Shown in pieces: positions 27,424 through 35,286 of a stretch of DNA of 64,000 nt (its first letter is position 1; each line of letters opens with the position of its first letter). The notes below the pieces were generated by a model. That model was not told the DNA's origin. It saw only the letters and a program-made list of their open reading frames with translations, and made no database searches. This DNA comes from an uncultured Haloferula sp. Its GTDB lineage: Bacteria; Verrucomicrobiota; Verrucomicrobiia; Verrucomicrobiales; Akkermansiaceae. Location: contig CBFGTS010000008.1 of assembly GCA_965652295.1 (NCBI GenBank), positions 1-64,000 of the forward strand, in the 5' to 3' direction. A program made the translations under genes and the position numbers.

Positions 27424-28388
27424 TCGGAAATCCGGGCCGGGAAGCGGGAATTTTCAAAGGCACTTGCATCTTCCTCGAAGGCCATTCTGCCGTGGTGGAT
27501 CGGGCCCGGATGGCCCTCGATCTGAAGCCGTAGGTCCGGCCCGATGCTCCGCAGGATGCCGCGGGCGAGCGGCTTCCGGCTCGAGGGATCGCCCGGCTCA
27601 TCCGCCCACACCCGCACGGGCCGGCCGATGGCGCGGCAGTGGTGGCGATAGCGCTCCAGAAGCGGTGGGAAACCTTCGGTGGCGAGAAGCTCGAAGCTCC
27701 GCTGGATGCGGTCGAGGATTTCCATGGCCACGGTGCCAAGCGGCGGGGGAGGCATCCACTCGGCCAGGCAGGCGGTTCCGGGGACGAAGACATCGGGCTC
27801 GAGTAGCGGCGCCACGTGGAGGTTCAGGCCGATTCCGAAGAGGCAGTCGTCGAACTCATTTCCCCGGATGGCGCTGGAGGCCAGCACGCCTCCGATTTTG
27901 CGACCGTGAAGGAGGAGATCGTTGACCCATTTGATTTCCGGTGGGTGCTCGGGCGGGAGGCGATCGGTCAGCCAGTCGGCCAGGACCACCGCGGGGAGCA
28001 TGGAGAGTCCGGCTCCGGTGGTGGAGACGGGCAGCCGGTGTCGGATGAGGACGCTGAGGTGGAGGTTGCCGGGAAGGGCGGACCAGGAGCGGACACGATT
28101 CCCCCGGAGGCCTTTTCCGCCTTCGGCCAGGGTGGCGAGCAGGGGAGGCAGGTCGATGCCATCTCCGAGCGTGCTGCGGATGGTCTGGTAGAGAGAGCGG
28201 GGCGTGTCGCGGACGTGGATCAGGACGTGATCGTCATCGTCTCCCACGCGGGCGACGATCGACGGCGGCTCGGGGGAAACGAGGTGCGTCCACGCGTCGC
28301 GGGCGGTGGGAGGGGGCTGTCCGGCGGTAGGCTCCGAGACCGGAAAGTGTCGACGGAAGAATTCGGGGTCGTCGGAGAAACACCACAT
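27420..28388 (-). CDS. birA: Biotin--protein ligase (BirA-like, no HTH, divergent)
   Basis: RSWSALPGNLHLS, IKWVNDLLLHGRKIGGVL, GIGLNL and a C-terminal SH3-like region. The start is uncertain. Confidence 0.8.
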   Translation of the reverse strand: MWCFSDDPEFFRRHFPVSEPTAGQPPPTARDAWTHLVSPEPPSIVARVGDDDDHVLIHVRDTPRSLYQTIRSTLGDGIDLPPLLATLAEGGKGLRGNRVRSWSALPGNLHLSVLIRHRLPVSTTGAGLSMLPAVVLADWLTDRLPPEHPPEIKWVNDLLLHGRKIGGVLASSAIRGNEFDDCLFGIGLNLHVAPLLEPDVFVPGTACLAEWMPPPPLGTVAMEILDRIQRSFELLATEGFPPLLERYRHHCRAIGRPVRVWADEPGDPSSRKPLARGILRSIGPDLRLQIEGHPGPIHHGRMAFEEDASAFENSRFPARISD

Positions 28389-28589
28389 GAATCGGAAAGG
28401 AAGAAGCGTGGAAGGAGTCGGGCCAGCGGACGGGGTGGTTCCGGCTGGTATCGCTTGCATCTTGAAAAGGCAATTCGCGCTTCTGCATGCGGCCGCACTC
28501 GCTCATGGACGGTAGGTGAGTGAGGTGGAGCGGAGGATGCGATGGTCGATAGACAGGGGCGGACTTTTTGCGTAGGGTGGGCACCTCGG

Positions 28590-29153
28590 ATGGCGGGAGA
28601 GATCACGATGATGTTGAAATCGGCGAGCGGGCGCGGGCAGCCCGTTTCGGGGGAGTTGTTGCCGCTGGTTTATGACGAGCTGCGGCACTTGGCGGCGCAG
28701 CGGATGTCGGGAGAAAGTCCCGGACAGACGCTTCAGGCGACGGCTCTGGTGCATGAGGCGTGGCTGCGGCTGGGCGGCGATGAAAAGCGGAGCTGGAACG
28801 ATCGCGCCCACTTTTATCGCGCGGCGGCGCAGGCGATGCGGCGGATCCTGGTGGACCGTGCGCGGGCGAAGGCGAGCCTGAAGCGGGGCGACGGATGCGA
28901 GATGATCGACATCGAGGGTCTGGATATCATTGAGACCACGCCGGATGAACGCGTGCTGCTGGTGGACGAGGTGCTGGAGAGGATGGAGGCGGAGTATCCG
29001 GACAGCGCGCGGCTGGTGACCTTGAAGTTTTTCGGCGGCCTGACCGACCGAGACATCGCGTCCATGGACGGCGTCGGGGAGAGGACGGTGAGGCGGCACT
29101 GGGCGTTTGCGAAAGTGAAGCTCGTCCAGATGATTCGCGAAGTTTCGTCTTAA
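28590..29153 (+). CDS. ECF sigma factor, Ser/Thr-kinase-associated type (Sig-70_X6-like)
   Basis: LLPLVYDELRHLAA, TLQATALVHEAWLRL, HF..AAAQAMRRILVD, LKFFGGL and ERTVRRHW motifs. Confidence 0.93.
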   Translation: MAGEITMMLKSASGRGQPVSGELLPLVYDELRHLAAQRMSGESPGQTLQATALVHEAWLRLGGDEKRSWNDRAHFYRAAAQAMRRILVDRARAKASLKRGDGCEMIDIEGLDIIETTPDERVLLVDEVLERMEAEYPDSARLVTLKFFGGLTDRDIASMDGVGERTVRRHWAFAKVKLVQMIREVSS

Positions 29154-29160
29154 CCCGTCT

Positions 29161-31374
29161 GTGTTGCCGAGCATCGAAAGGTTGGTTTATGAGGCTGCCG
29201 CCGGAATGACCGAGGCGGAGGAGTGTCGCGCTTTCCTCGATCACGCCTGCCGCGACGAGCCGGAGATGCGGCGGCGGATCGATGAGATGCTCGAACTCCG
29301 GGAAACGGCGGAGGATTTCTTCGAATTCGAGCCCGAGCCGGAAAGCGAGGCCGCCGAGGGCAAGGATGAAGGCGGCCTTGGTGCGCGGATCGGCCGCTAT
29401 CGGTTGATCGAGCGGATCGGTGCCGGCGGGTGTGGAGCCGTTTATCTGGCCGAACAGCTCGAGCCGGTGCAGCGCAAGGTGGCGTTGAAGGTGGTGCGCC
29501 TCGGGATGGACACCGAGAGCGTCATCGCGCGCTTCGAGATGGAACGTCAGGCGCTGGCCTCGATGGACCATCCGAACATCGCCCGAGTGCTGGACGCCGG
29601 CGCGACCGGTTCGGGGAGGCCGTTTTTCGTGATGGAGCTGGTGGACGGCGAGAAGATCACCGATTTCTGCGACTCCAACCGCTTGGGTCTCCGCGAGCGG
29701 CTCGAGTTGTTCGTGCAGGTGTGCCAGGCGATCCAGCACGCGCACCAGAAGGGCGTGATCCACCGCGACATCAAGCCGTCCAACGTGCTGGTGCGGTGGC
29801 ACGACGGGGTCGCCGTGCCGAAGGTCATCGACTTCGGCATCGCCAAGGCCGCCACGGGTGGCCTTGGCGGGGACTCGACGTTCACCGCCTTCGATCAGTT
29901 TCTCGGCACGCCGGCTTACATGAGTCCGGAGCAGGCGGCAGGCGGGCTCGATGTCGATACCCGCAGCGACATTTACAGTCTGGGAGTGCTGCTCTACGAA
30001 CTGCTGGTCGGCCGGCCGCCGCTCGGCGTTTCCTCCACGCAGGAGGGCGGGATGGAGGAAATCCGACGTGTGCTGCGGGAGGATGAGCCGCCGAAGCCGT
30101 CGTCGCGTCTCGCTTCACTGGACCCGGAGGTCCTGGTCGAGGTTGCGGCATGGCGGCGGATGGACCCCCTCCGGCTGGTCCAGATGGTGAAGGGGGATCT
30201 CGACTGGATCACGATGAAGGCGATGGAGAAGGACCGTGGCCGCCGCTATGAAACCGCCAATGGCTTCGCCCTCGACCTCCAGCGCCATCTGCGCAACGAG
30301 CCGGTGGCCGCCGGGCCGCCGGGTCCCGGTTACCGGTTCGGCAAGCTGGTGCGCCGGAACCGGCCGGCCTTCGTCGCGGGCGGACTGACGTTGCTGGCAC
30401 TGGTGGCCGGTTTCGGCACCTCCACGTGGATGTTTTTCCGCGAACGGGAGGTGCGGCAGGAGCAGGCGAGGCTGCGCCATGAAGCGGAGTCGGCGCGGGC
30501 TCGGGCCGATCTCGCCCGGGCCAATGAGGCCGCGTTGCGGAAACTTGCCGAGTTCCGGGAAACCATCGCGGAGGCCGCCGTGAAGCTCGCCCACGGGGAT
30601 ATGGCAGGGGCTGACGCGCTGCTGGCCACGGTGCCGGTGGACCAGACGCCCTCGTCGCTGGAGGCGGCGAATTCCTATCGCGCGGTGGGCGAGTGGCACT
30701 TGAAGGAAGGGCGGTGGGAGAAGGCGGCGGCGCGCTTTGTCGGATGCGCCCGCGCGATGAGCAGCGTCGACTCCACCGATTCGGATAGCGTTTCCCGCAA
30801 CCTGCTCCCGGCCGCTGCGGCGATCTGCCAGTCCGGTGACCGCGAGAGCTACGAAGCGTTTCGTCGTATGGCGGTCGCCCGCTTCGGCGGAACGGCTCAC
30901 CTCACGGTTGCCGAGCAGATCGTCAAAGCGACCTTGCTGCTGCCGCCGGACGTCGGTCTGCTGGAGGATCTTGAGCCGCTGGCCGAGATGATTGAGGACG
31001 AACTGACATCGGGAGGGCTCCAAGGAGACGTCCATCTGGTGGGGTGGAGACATTTCTCGCTGGTCCTCTACCATTACCGCAACGGCGACTTTATTCTCGC
31101 CACCAAATGGGCGGAGCGATGCTTGCATTTGCCCGAGCAAAACGCGTCGAGGCGCGCATCGGTGCGGATCATTCTCGCCATGATCGAGCATCGCTTCGGC
31201 CGGACGGAGAACGCGCGGCAGCTTCTCGAAGTGGCGGGTCCGGAGGTCCGCGAGAAGCTGTCTGGAAAGATGGACTGGGGAGGCTCGGTCGACGGCTTTT
31301 GGTTCGACTGGGTCAACGCCGGCATCCTGCTGAAGGAAGCCACGGATCTGCTGGAGTCGAAGACTGAGGAGTAG
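29161..31374 (+). CDS. Membrane-anchored Hanks-type Ser/Thr protein kinase with a C-terminal helical (TPR-like) region
   Basis: GAGGCGAVY, VALK, HRDIKPSN, DFG and GTPAYMSPEQ; TM AFVAGGLTLLALVAGFG. Confidence 0.95.
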   Translation: MLPSIERLVYEAAAGMTEAEECRAFLDHACRDEPEMRRRIDEMLELRETAEDFFEFEPEPESEAAEGKDEGGLGARIGRYRLIERIGAGGCGAVYLAEQLEPVQRKVALKVVRLGMDTESVIARFEMERQALASMDHPNIARVLDAGATGSGRPFFVMELVDGEKITDFCDSNRLGLRERLELFVQVCQAIQHAHQKGVIHRDIKPSNVLVRWHDGVAVPKVIDFGIAKAATGGLGGDSTFTAFDQFLGTPAYMSPEQAAGGLDVDTRSDIYSLGVLLYELLVGRPPLGVSSTQEGGMEEIRRVLREDEPPKPSSRLASLDPEVLVEVAAWRRMDPLRLVQMVKGDLDWITMKAMEKDRGRRYETANGFALDLQRHLRNEPVAAGPPGPGYRFGKLVRRNRPAFVAGGLTLLALVAGFGTSTWMFFREREVRQEQARLRHEAESARARADLARANEAALRKLAEFRETIAEAAVKLAHGDMAGADALLATVPVDQTPSSLEAANSYRAVGEWHLKEGRWEKAAARFVGCARAMSSVDSTDSDSVSRNLLPAAAAICQSGDRESYEAFRRMAVARFGGTAHLTVAEQIVKATLLLPPDVGLLEDLEPLAEMIEDELTSGGLQGDVHLVGWRHFSLVLYHYRNGDFILATKWAERCLHLPEQNASRRASVRIILAMIEHRFGRTENARQLLEVAGPEVREKLSGKMDWGGSVDGFWFDWVNAGILLKEATDLLESKTEE

Positions 31375-31730
31375 AAGGGCGGACCGGCGGTACACGACCA
31401 AGCCGGACCGTGCGACACTGCCGCGCTGTCTGGGAACGCAGAGGGTGGAATAGGGTGCGCTCCTGGGAAAAGGTGCGAAGTCTGGCGGAAATGGGCGGCG
31501 AATGTGTCCGCCGGGAGTGGTTCCTGTTGGCGGTCCGTCCCGTTGATTCCCGGCGAACGCATTTCGCCGCTCCGATCCAGCCGGCACCACCCGCCTTTCG
31601 ATGCGCGACAGCGTCACGTGGTTGGGGCGGAGAAAAAATTCACCGCAGGTGGCCGCATGGCGGGGCGGGAATCCGCTTTTTCTTATGAGGGAAGGTTTTC
31701 TACGCCCTCGCCCCCATCCAAATCCAAACC

Positions 31731-32504
31731 ATGAACATCAAAAAACTACCTGCCTCTGTGGTTACCAAGCAACCCTTCGCCCGCGCTGCGATTGCGGGCG
31801 TGTCCCTGCTGGCTGGCGCCACCTCCGCCCAAGCCGCTCTTACGGTCACCAATGGTGACTTTGAGACGGGCATCGCCGACCAGACGACCAGTGCCAACGT
31901 GAGCGGTTGGTTCTCGGTCACAGCCGGAGACTTCTTCGCCAACACTTGGCATGATTCTCGGGATGCCGAAGTTCCTACGGACGCGCAGTCCGGCTTCTCC
32001 GGCCAGGCTGCTGCGGCGTTCTCCGGCATTGCGGGAGGTGGTCAACCGTCCGGGTTGGCAGGTAGCTGGCTTTACCAGAGCATCGGCACCGATGCGTCCG
32101 CCACCTCGTTCGACGTCACCTTCGATTGGGGCGACTTCGGGAATGGACCGACCAATCGCGACCTCGGCATCACGGTGAGCGTTTACGAGTCCGATGGCTC
32201 GTTCGTTGCCGGAAACGACACCGACATCAACGGGGCCGGCGGCGTGACCTTGCTTGATTCCTTCTCGCTTAGTCAGCTTGTGACCGGAAGCGTCAAGCTG
32301 TCCGTTGGCGAGACCGGGAACCTGGATATCTCAGGCCAGTCCGGCGGCGAACTGTTCCTGCGTTTCAATAACTGGGATGCCGGCGGCGACACGCCGTGGC
32401 TCCAGCTCGACAACGTTGCGATTTCCAACGTGGTTCCCGAGCCCTCGGCGGCGCTCCTCGGTGGTCTTGGCGTGCTCGCCCTCCTGCGCCGCCGTCGCGC
32501 CTGA
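31731..32504 (+). CDS. PEP-CTERM sorting domain protein
   Basis: Signal peptide (SAQA); C-terminal VPEPSAALLGGLGVLALLRRRRA. Confidence 0.95.
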   Translation: MNIKKLPASVVTKQPFARAAIAGVSLLAGATSAQAALTVTNGDFETGIADQTTSANVSGWFSVTAGDFFANTWHDSRDAEVPTDAQSGFSGQAAAAFSGIAGGGQPSGLAGSWLYQSIGTDASATSFDVTFDWGDFGNGPTNRDLGITVSVYESDGSFVAGNDTDINGAGGVTLLDSFSLSQLVTGSVKLSVGETGNLDISGQSGGELFLRFNNWDAGGDTPWLQLDNVAISNVVPEPSAALLGGLGVLALLRRRRA

Positions 32505-32517
32505 TGTCTTGAATCAA

Positions 32518-32562
32518 GGCCGGAGCGGACGGCGCGCCGCTCTGGCTTTCGCTTTCTTTGGG
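32518..32562 (+). terminator. Stem-loop with U-rich tail after the PEP-CTERM gene
   Basis: GGCCGGAGCGG...CCGCTCTGGCT followed by TTCGCTTTCTTTGGGG. Confidence 0.5.
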
Positions 32563-32630
32563 GGTCGCCCGCGTGTTCCGCGAGCGGCGGCTGCCTCTGT
32601 GCGCCCTCGTTGTTCCTTTCCGCTCATCTC

Positions 32631-35174
32631 ATGAAACCCATTTTCCCGATCTCTTCGCTGGCGATCCTGCTGGCGGCACCCGTCCTACACGCGCAGTTGA
32701 TCAGCCAGGACTCGTTTTCTGCGTACTCCGTCGGCAACGAGCTGCCGGGTTTGGACCCGACCATCTCCGGCTACACCGGCCCATGGACCGACGTCGCGTT
32801 CGGTGACGCCGAGCCTGCCGTGATGGCGGGATCCCTAGCCTACGGTGACGCAACCTATGTCGCCGGCATCGGCAACCACGTGGGCAAGGCGGCCGACGCG
32901 ACTGGCATCGGGCCCACCACCAGTGGGCGGGTCGAGCGTCTGCTCGACAGCGCTCTGGCGGTAGACGACACGACCACCGGCACGGTGTATCTGAGCTTTC
33001 TTTTCCAGACCGGCAACGAGGGGACGGCGGCGAATCCGGATACTTATCAAACGCTGGCGCTGTGGAATGGAACGGGTGCCACCGACAGCCTGCGGGACTT
33101 CGAGCTGGGGATCGGCAACCCCGATTTCAGCACGGCCAACTACGCTTTCCGGGTCGACAATACCACTGCCGCCGACCTCGGAGTGACGCGCGACGCCAAC
33201 GTCCACCTCTTCGTGGTGAAGTTCGAGCTGAGCGATACCTCATTGAGCGACGCGGTGACGGTGTGGATGGATCCCACGCTGGGCGCGGGAGAGCCTACCG
33301 GTGGCGTGACGCTCAGTGGCAGCGACCTGGCATTCGATCGTTTGGTGCTTTCCGACTATGCCAGCAACTCCTGCGCTTGGGATGAAATCCGGTGGGGCAG
33401 CACGTTTGACAGCGTAACCACCGAATCGTTTCTGCCTGCCATCCCGACCTTTGAAGGCCCCCCCGCCGACTATGTCGGATTCGTGGGCGACACGATGGTG
33501 CTCTCCGCCTTCGCACCCGCGGATCCGGAGCCGTCCTATCAGTGGGAGTATTCCGTCGACGGGGAAGAGCCCTGGAGTGAAGTTGCCGGTGCCACCTCGG
33601 CGGTGCTGGAAATTCCCAATGTCCCGTTCTCGGCGAACGGCTACTATCGCGTCACCGCCACCAACGGAAACGGCACCGATACGAGCGGCGCGGCTCTGGT
33701 GGACCTGATTTATCCCGACCCGACGATCACCCAGCAGCCGTCTTCGGTGTTCGCGGAAGCGGGTTCGACCGTCGAGTTGTCCGTCCAGGCGACCGGCCTC
33801 GGCACGCTGACCTACCAGTGGTTCAAGAACTTCGAAGAGTTGCCGGGCGAAACCGCGGCGACGCTCACGTTGTCCGACCTCGGGATGGATGATGCAGGAG
33901 ATTACTTCGTCGAGGTGACGGACGACGCGGCGGAAGCCGACGGAGAGCCAGCCACGTTCATCGACTCGGCGCTGGTCTCTGTTGCGATCGTCGAGCCTTG
34001 GGACGGGCTGGTGAGCCACGAGCCATTCGACACCACGGCCGGATATGTGCTGGGAGAACTCGCTACTCAGAACCCGACGATCGATGGCTACATCGATCCG
34101 TGGACGATCACGAACGGTTTCGGGCCGATCTCGCCGGTGGTTTCGTCCGGTTCGCTGGTTTATCCTGATCCGTTTTATCTGGGTGCCAGTGGCGACAGCG
34201 TGAGCACGCCCGCGGACACCGAGGACATCAATGCCACCAATGCTGGCCGGGTCGGCCGGCTGCTGGAGGCGCAACTGGTGGTGAACGACGCGACCACCGG
34301 AACGCGCTACCTGAGCTGGCTGTTCCGTTCGGGCTTTGAGAATGCCGCTCCGAACCCCCAGGTTTACCAGACGCTGGCGCTTTTCAACGGAGTCATCGGC
34401 ACCGATGGAAACCGGGACTTCGAGGCGGGCATCGCAGTCGGAGCCGCCGATTTCAACACCACGAACTTCGCCTACAAACTCAACAACAACACGAGCCTGG
34501 TCGGAGATCTGGGCGTGCCTTCCGATGGCAGCGTCCACCTTTTCGTCGCCAAGATCGAGCTCAGCGATGTGGCTGGCGGCGACAGCGTGACCGTCTGGAT
34601 CGACCCGACCTTGGGCAGTGGCGACCCTGCCGGCGGCGTGACCGTGAGCGGAGCCGACCTGCTGTGGGATCGGATCGCCCTTTCCGACTACGCCAGCGAT
34701 TCCTCCCGCTGGGATGAAATCCGCTGGGGCAGTACGTTTGACAGCGTGACGCTCAATCCATCCCCCTCCAACAACTACGCCGCCTGGATCGGCCTCTATC
34801 CCGGAGTCGGTGGCCAGACGGGATTCGAGGACGACCCGGATGGCGACGGGCTTGCCAACGGCTTGGAAAACTTCCTCGGGACCGACCCGAGCGTGGCGAA
34901 CACGGGCATCGTCGAGGTCTCCGCCGCTGCCGGATCGTTGACCTTCGAGCATCCGCAGAATGCAACGCCGGCCGACGACGTGTCAGCGGCTTACCGATGG
35001 TCGCTGGACCTCGCCGGGTGGAATGCCGATGGTGCGACCAGCGGCGGGACGACGGTGAATTTCGCGGGGAGTCCGGACACGCCGGTGAACGGCACGACGA
35101 CCGTCACCGCGACGATCTCGGGAACCCAACCGGACAAACTTTTCGTCGAGCTTGAGGCCACGCAGAATCCCTGA
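32631..35174 (+). CDS. Secreted modular protein: X domain - Ig - Ig - X domain - C-terminal putative sorting domain
   Basis: Signal peptide (VLHA); two ~240-aa repeats ending WDEIRWGSTFDSVT; Ig motifs YQW..G.Y.V; DPDGDG.ANGLE..LGTDP tail. Confidence 0.85.
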   Translation: MKPIFPISSLAILLAAPVLHAQLISQDSFSAYSVGNELPGLDPTISGYTGPWTDVAFGDAEPAVMAGSLAYGDATYVAGIGNHVGKAADATGIGPTTSGRVERLLDSALAVDDTTTGTVYLSFLFQTGNEGTAANPDTYQTLALWNGTGATDSLRDFELGIGNPDFSTANYAFRVDNTTAADLGVTRDANVHLFVVKFELSDTSLSDAVTVWMDPTLGAGEPTGGVTLSGSDLAFDRLVLSDYASNSCAWDEIRWGSTFDSVTTESFLPAIPTFEGPPADYVGFVGDTMVLSAFAPADPEPSYQWEYSVDGEEPWSEVAGATSAVLEIPNVPFSANGYYRVTATNGNGTDTSGAALVDLIYPDPTITQQPSSVFAEAGSTVELSVQATGLGTLTYQWFKNFEELPGETAATLTLSDLGMDDAGDYFVEVTDDAAEADGEPATFIDSALVSVAIVEPWDGLVSHEPFDTTAGYVLGELATQNPTIDGYIDPWTITNGFGPISPVVSSGSLVYPDPFYLGASGDSVSTPADTEDINATNAGRVGRLLEAQLVVNDATTGTRYLSWLFRSGFENAAPNPQVYQTLALFNGVIGTDGNRDFEAGIAVGAADFNTTNFAYKLNNNTSLVGDLGVPSDGSVHLFVAKIELSDVAGGDSVTVWIDPTLGSGDPAGGVTVSGADLLWDRIALSDYASDSSRWDEIRWGSTFDSVTLNPSPSNNYAAWIGLYPGVGGQTGFEDDPDGDGLANGLENFLGTDPSVANTGIVEVSAAAGSLTFEHPQNATPADDVSAAYRWSLDLAGWNADGATSGGTTVNFAGSPDTPVNGTTTVTATISGTQPDKLFVELEATQNP

Positions 35175-35200
35175 CTTTTTCGTCACCGCACGGAAAAGCC

Positions 35201-35238
35201 GCGCCCGTCCGGTTTACTGGGGTTTTCCGGGCGGGCGC
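35201..35238 (+). other. Intergenic 12-bp hairpin with loop TTTACTGGGGTTTT
   Basis: GCGCCCGTCCGG / CCGGGCGGGCGC, with one G-U pair. Confidence 0.75.
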
Positions 35239-35286
35239 ATCTTCTTCGGTCTTCGGAGCAGCAGCGAGGGTTTCCCTCGTCCATTC

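Noticed and set aside
28500..28545. Possible att-site copy of a tRNA 3' end at the left edge of the accessory block
   Set aside because: The reverse strand reads ..CCGCTCCACC, which does not match the tRNA-Phe end (..CCCGAGCCACC).
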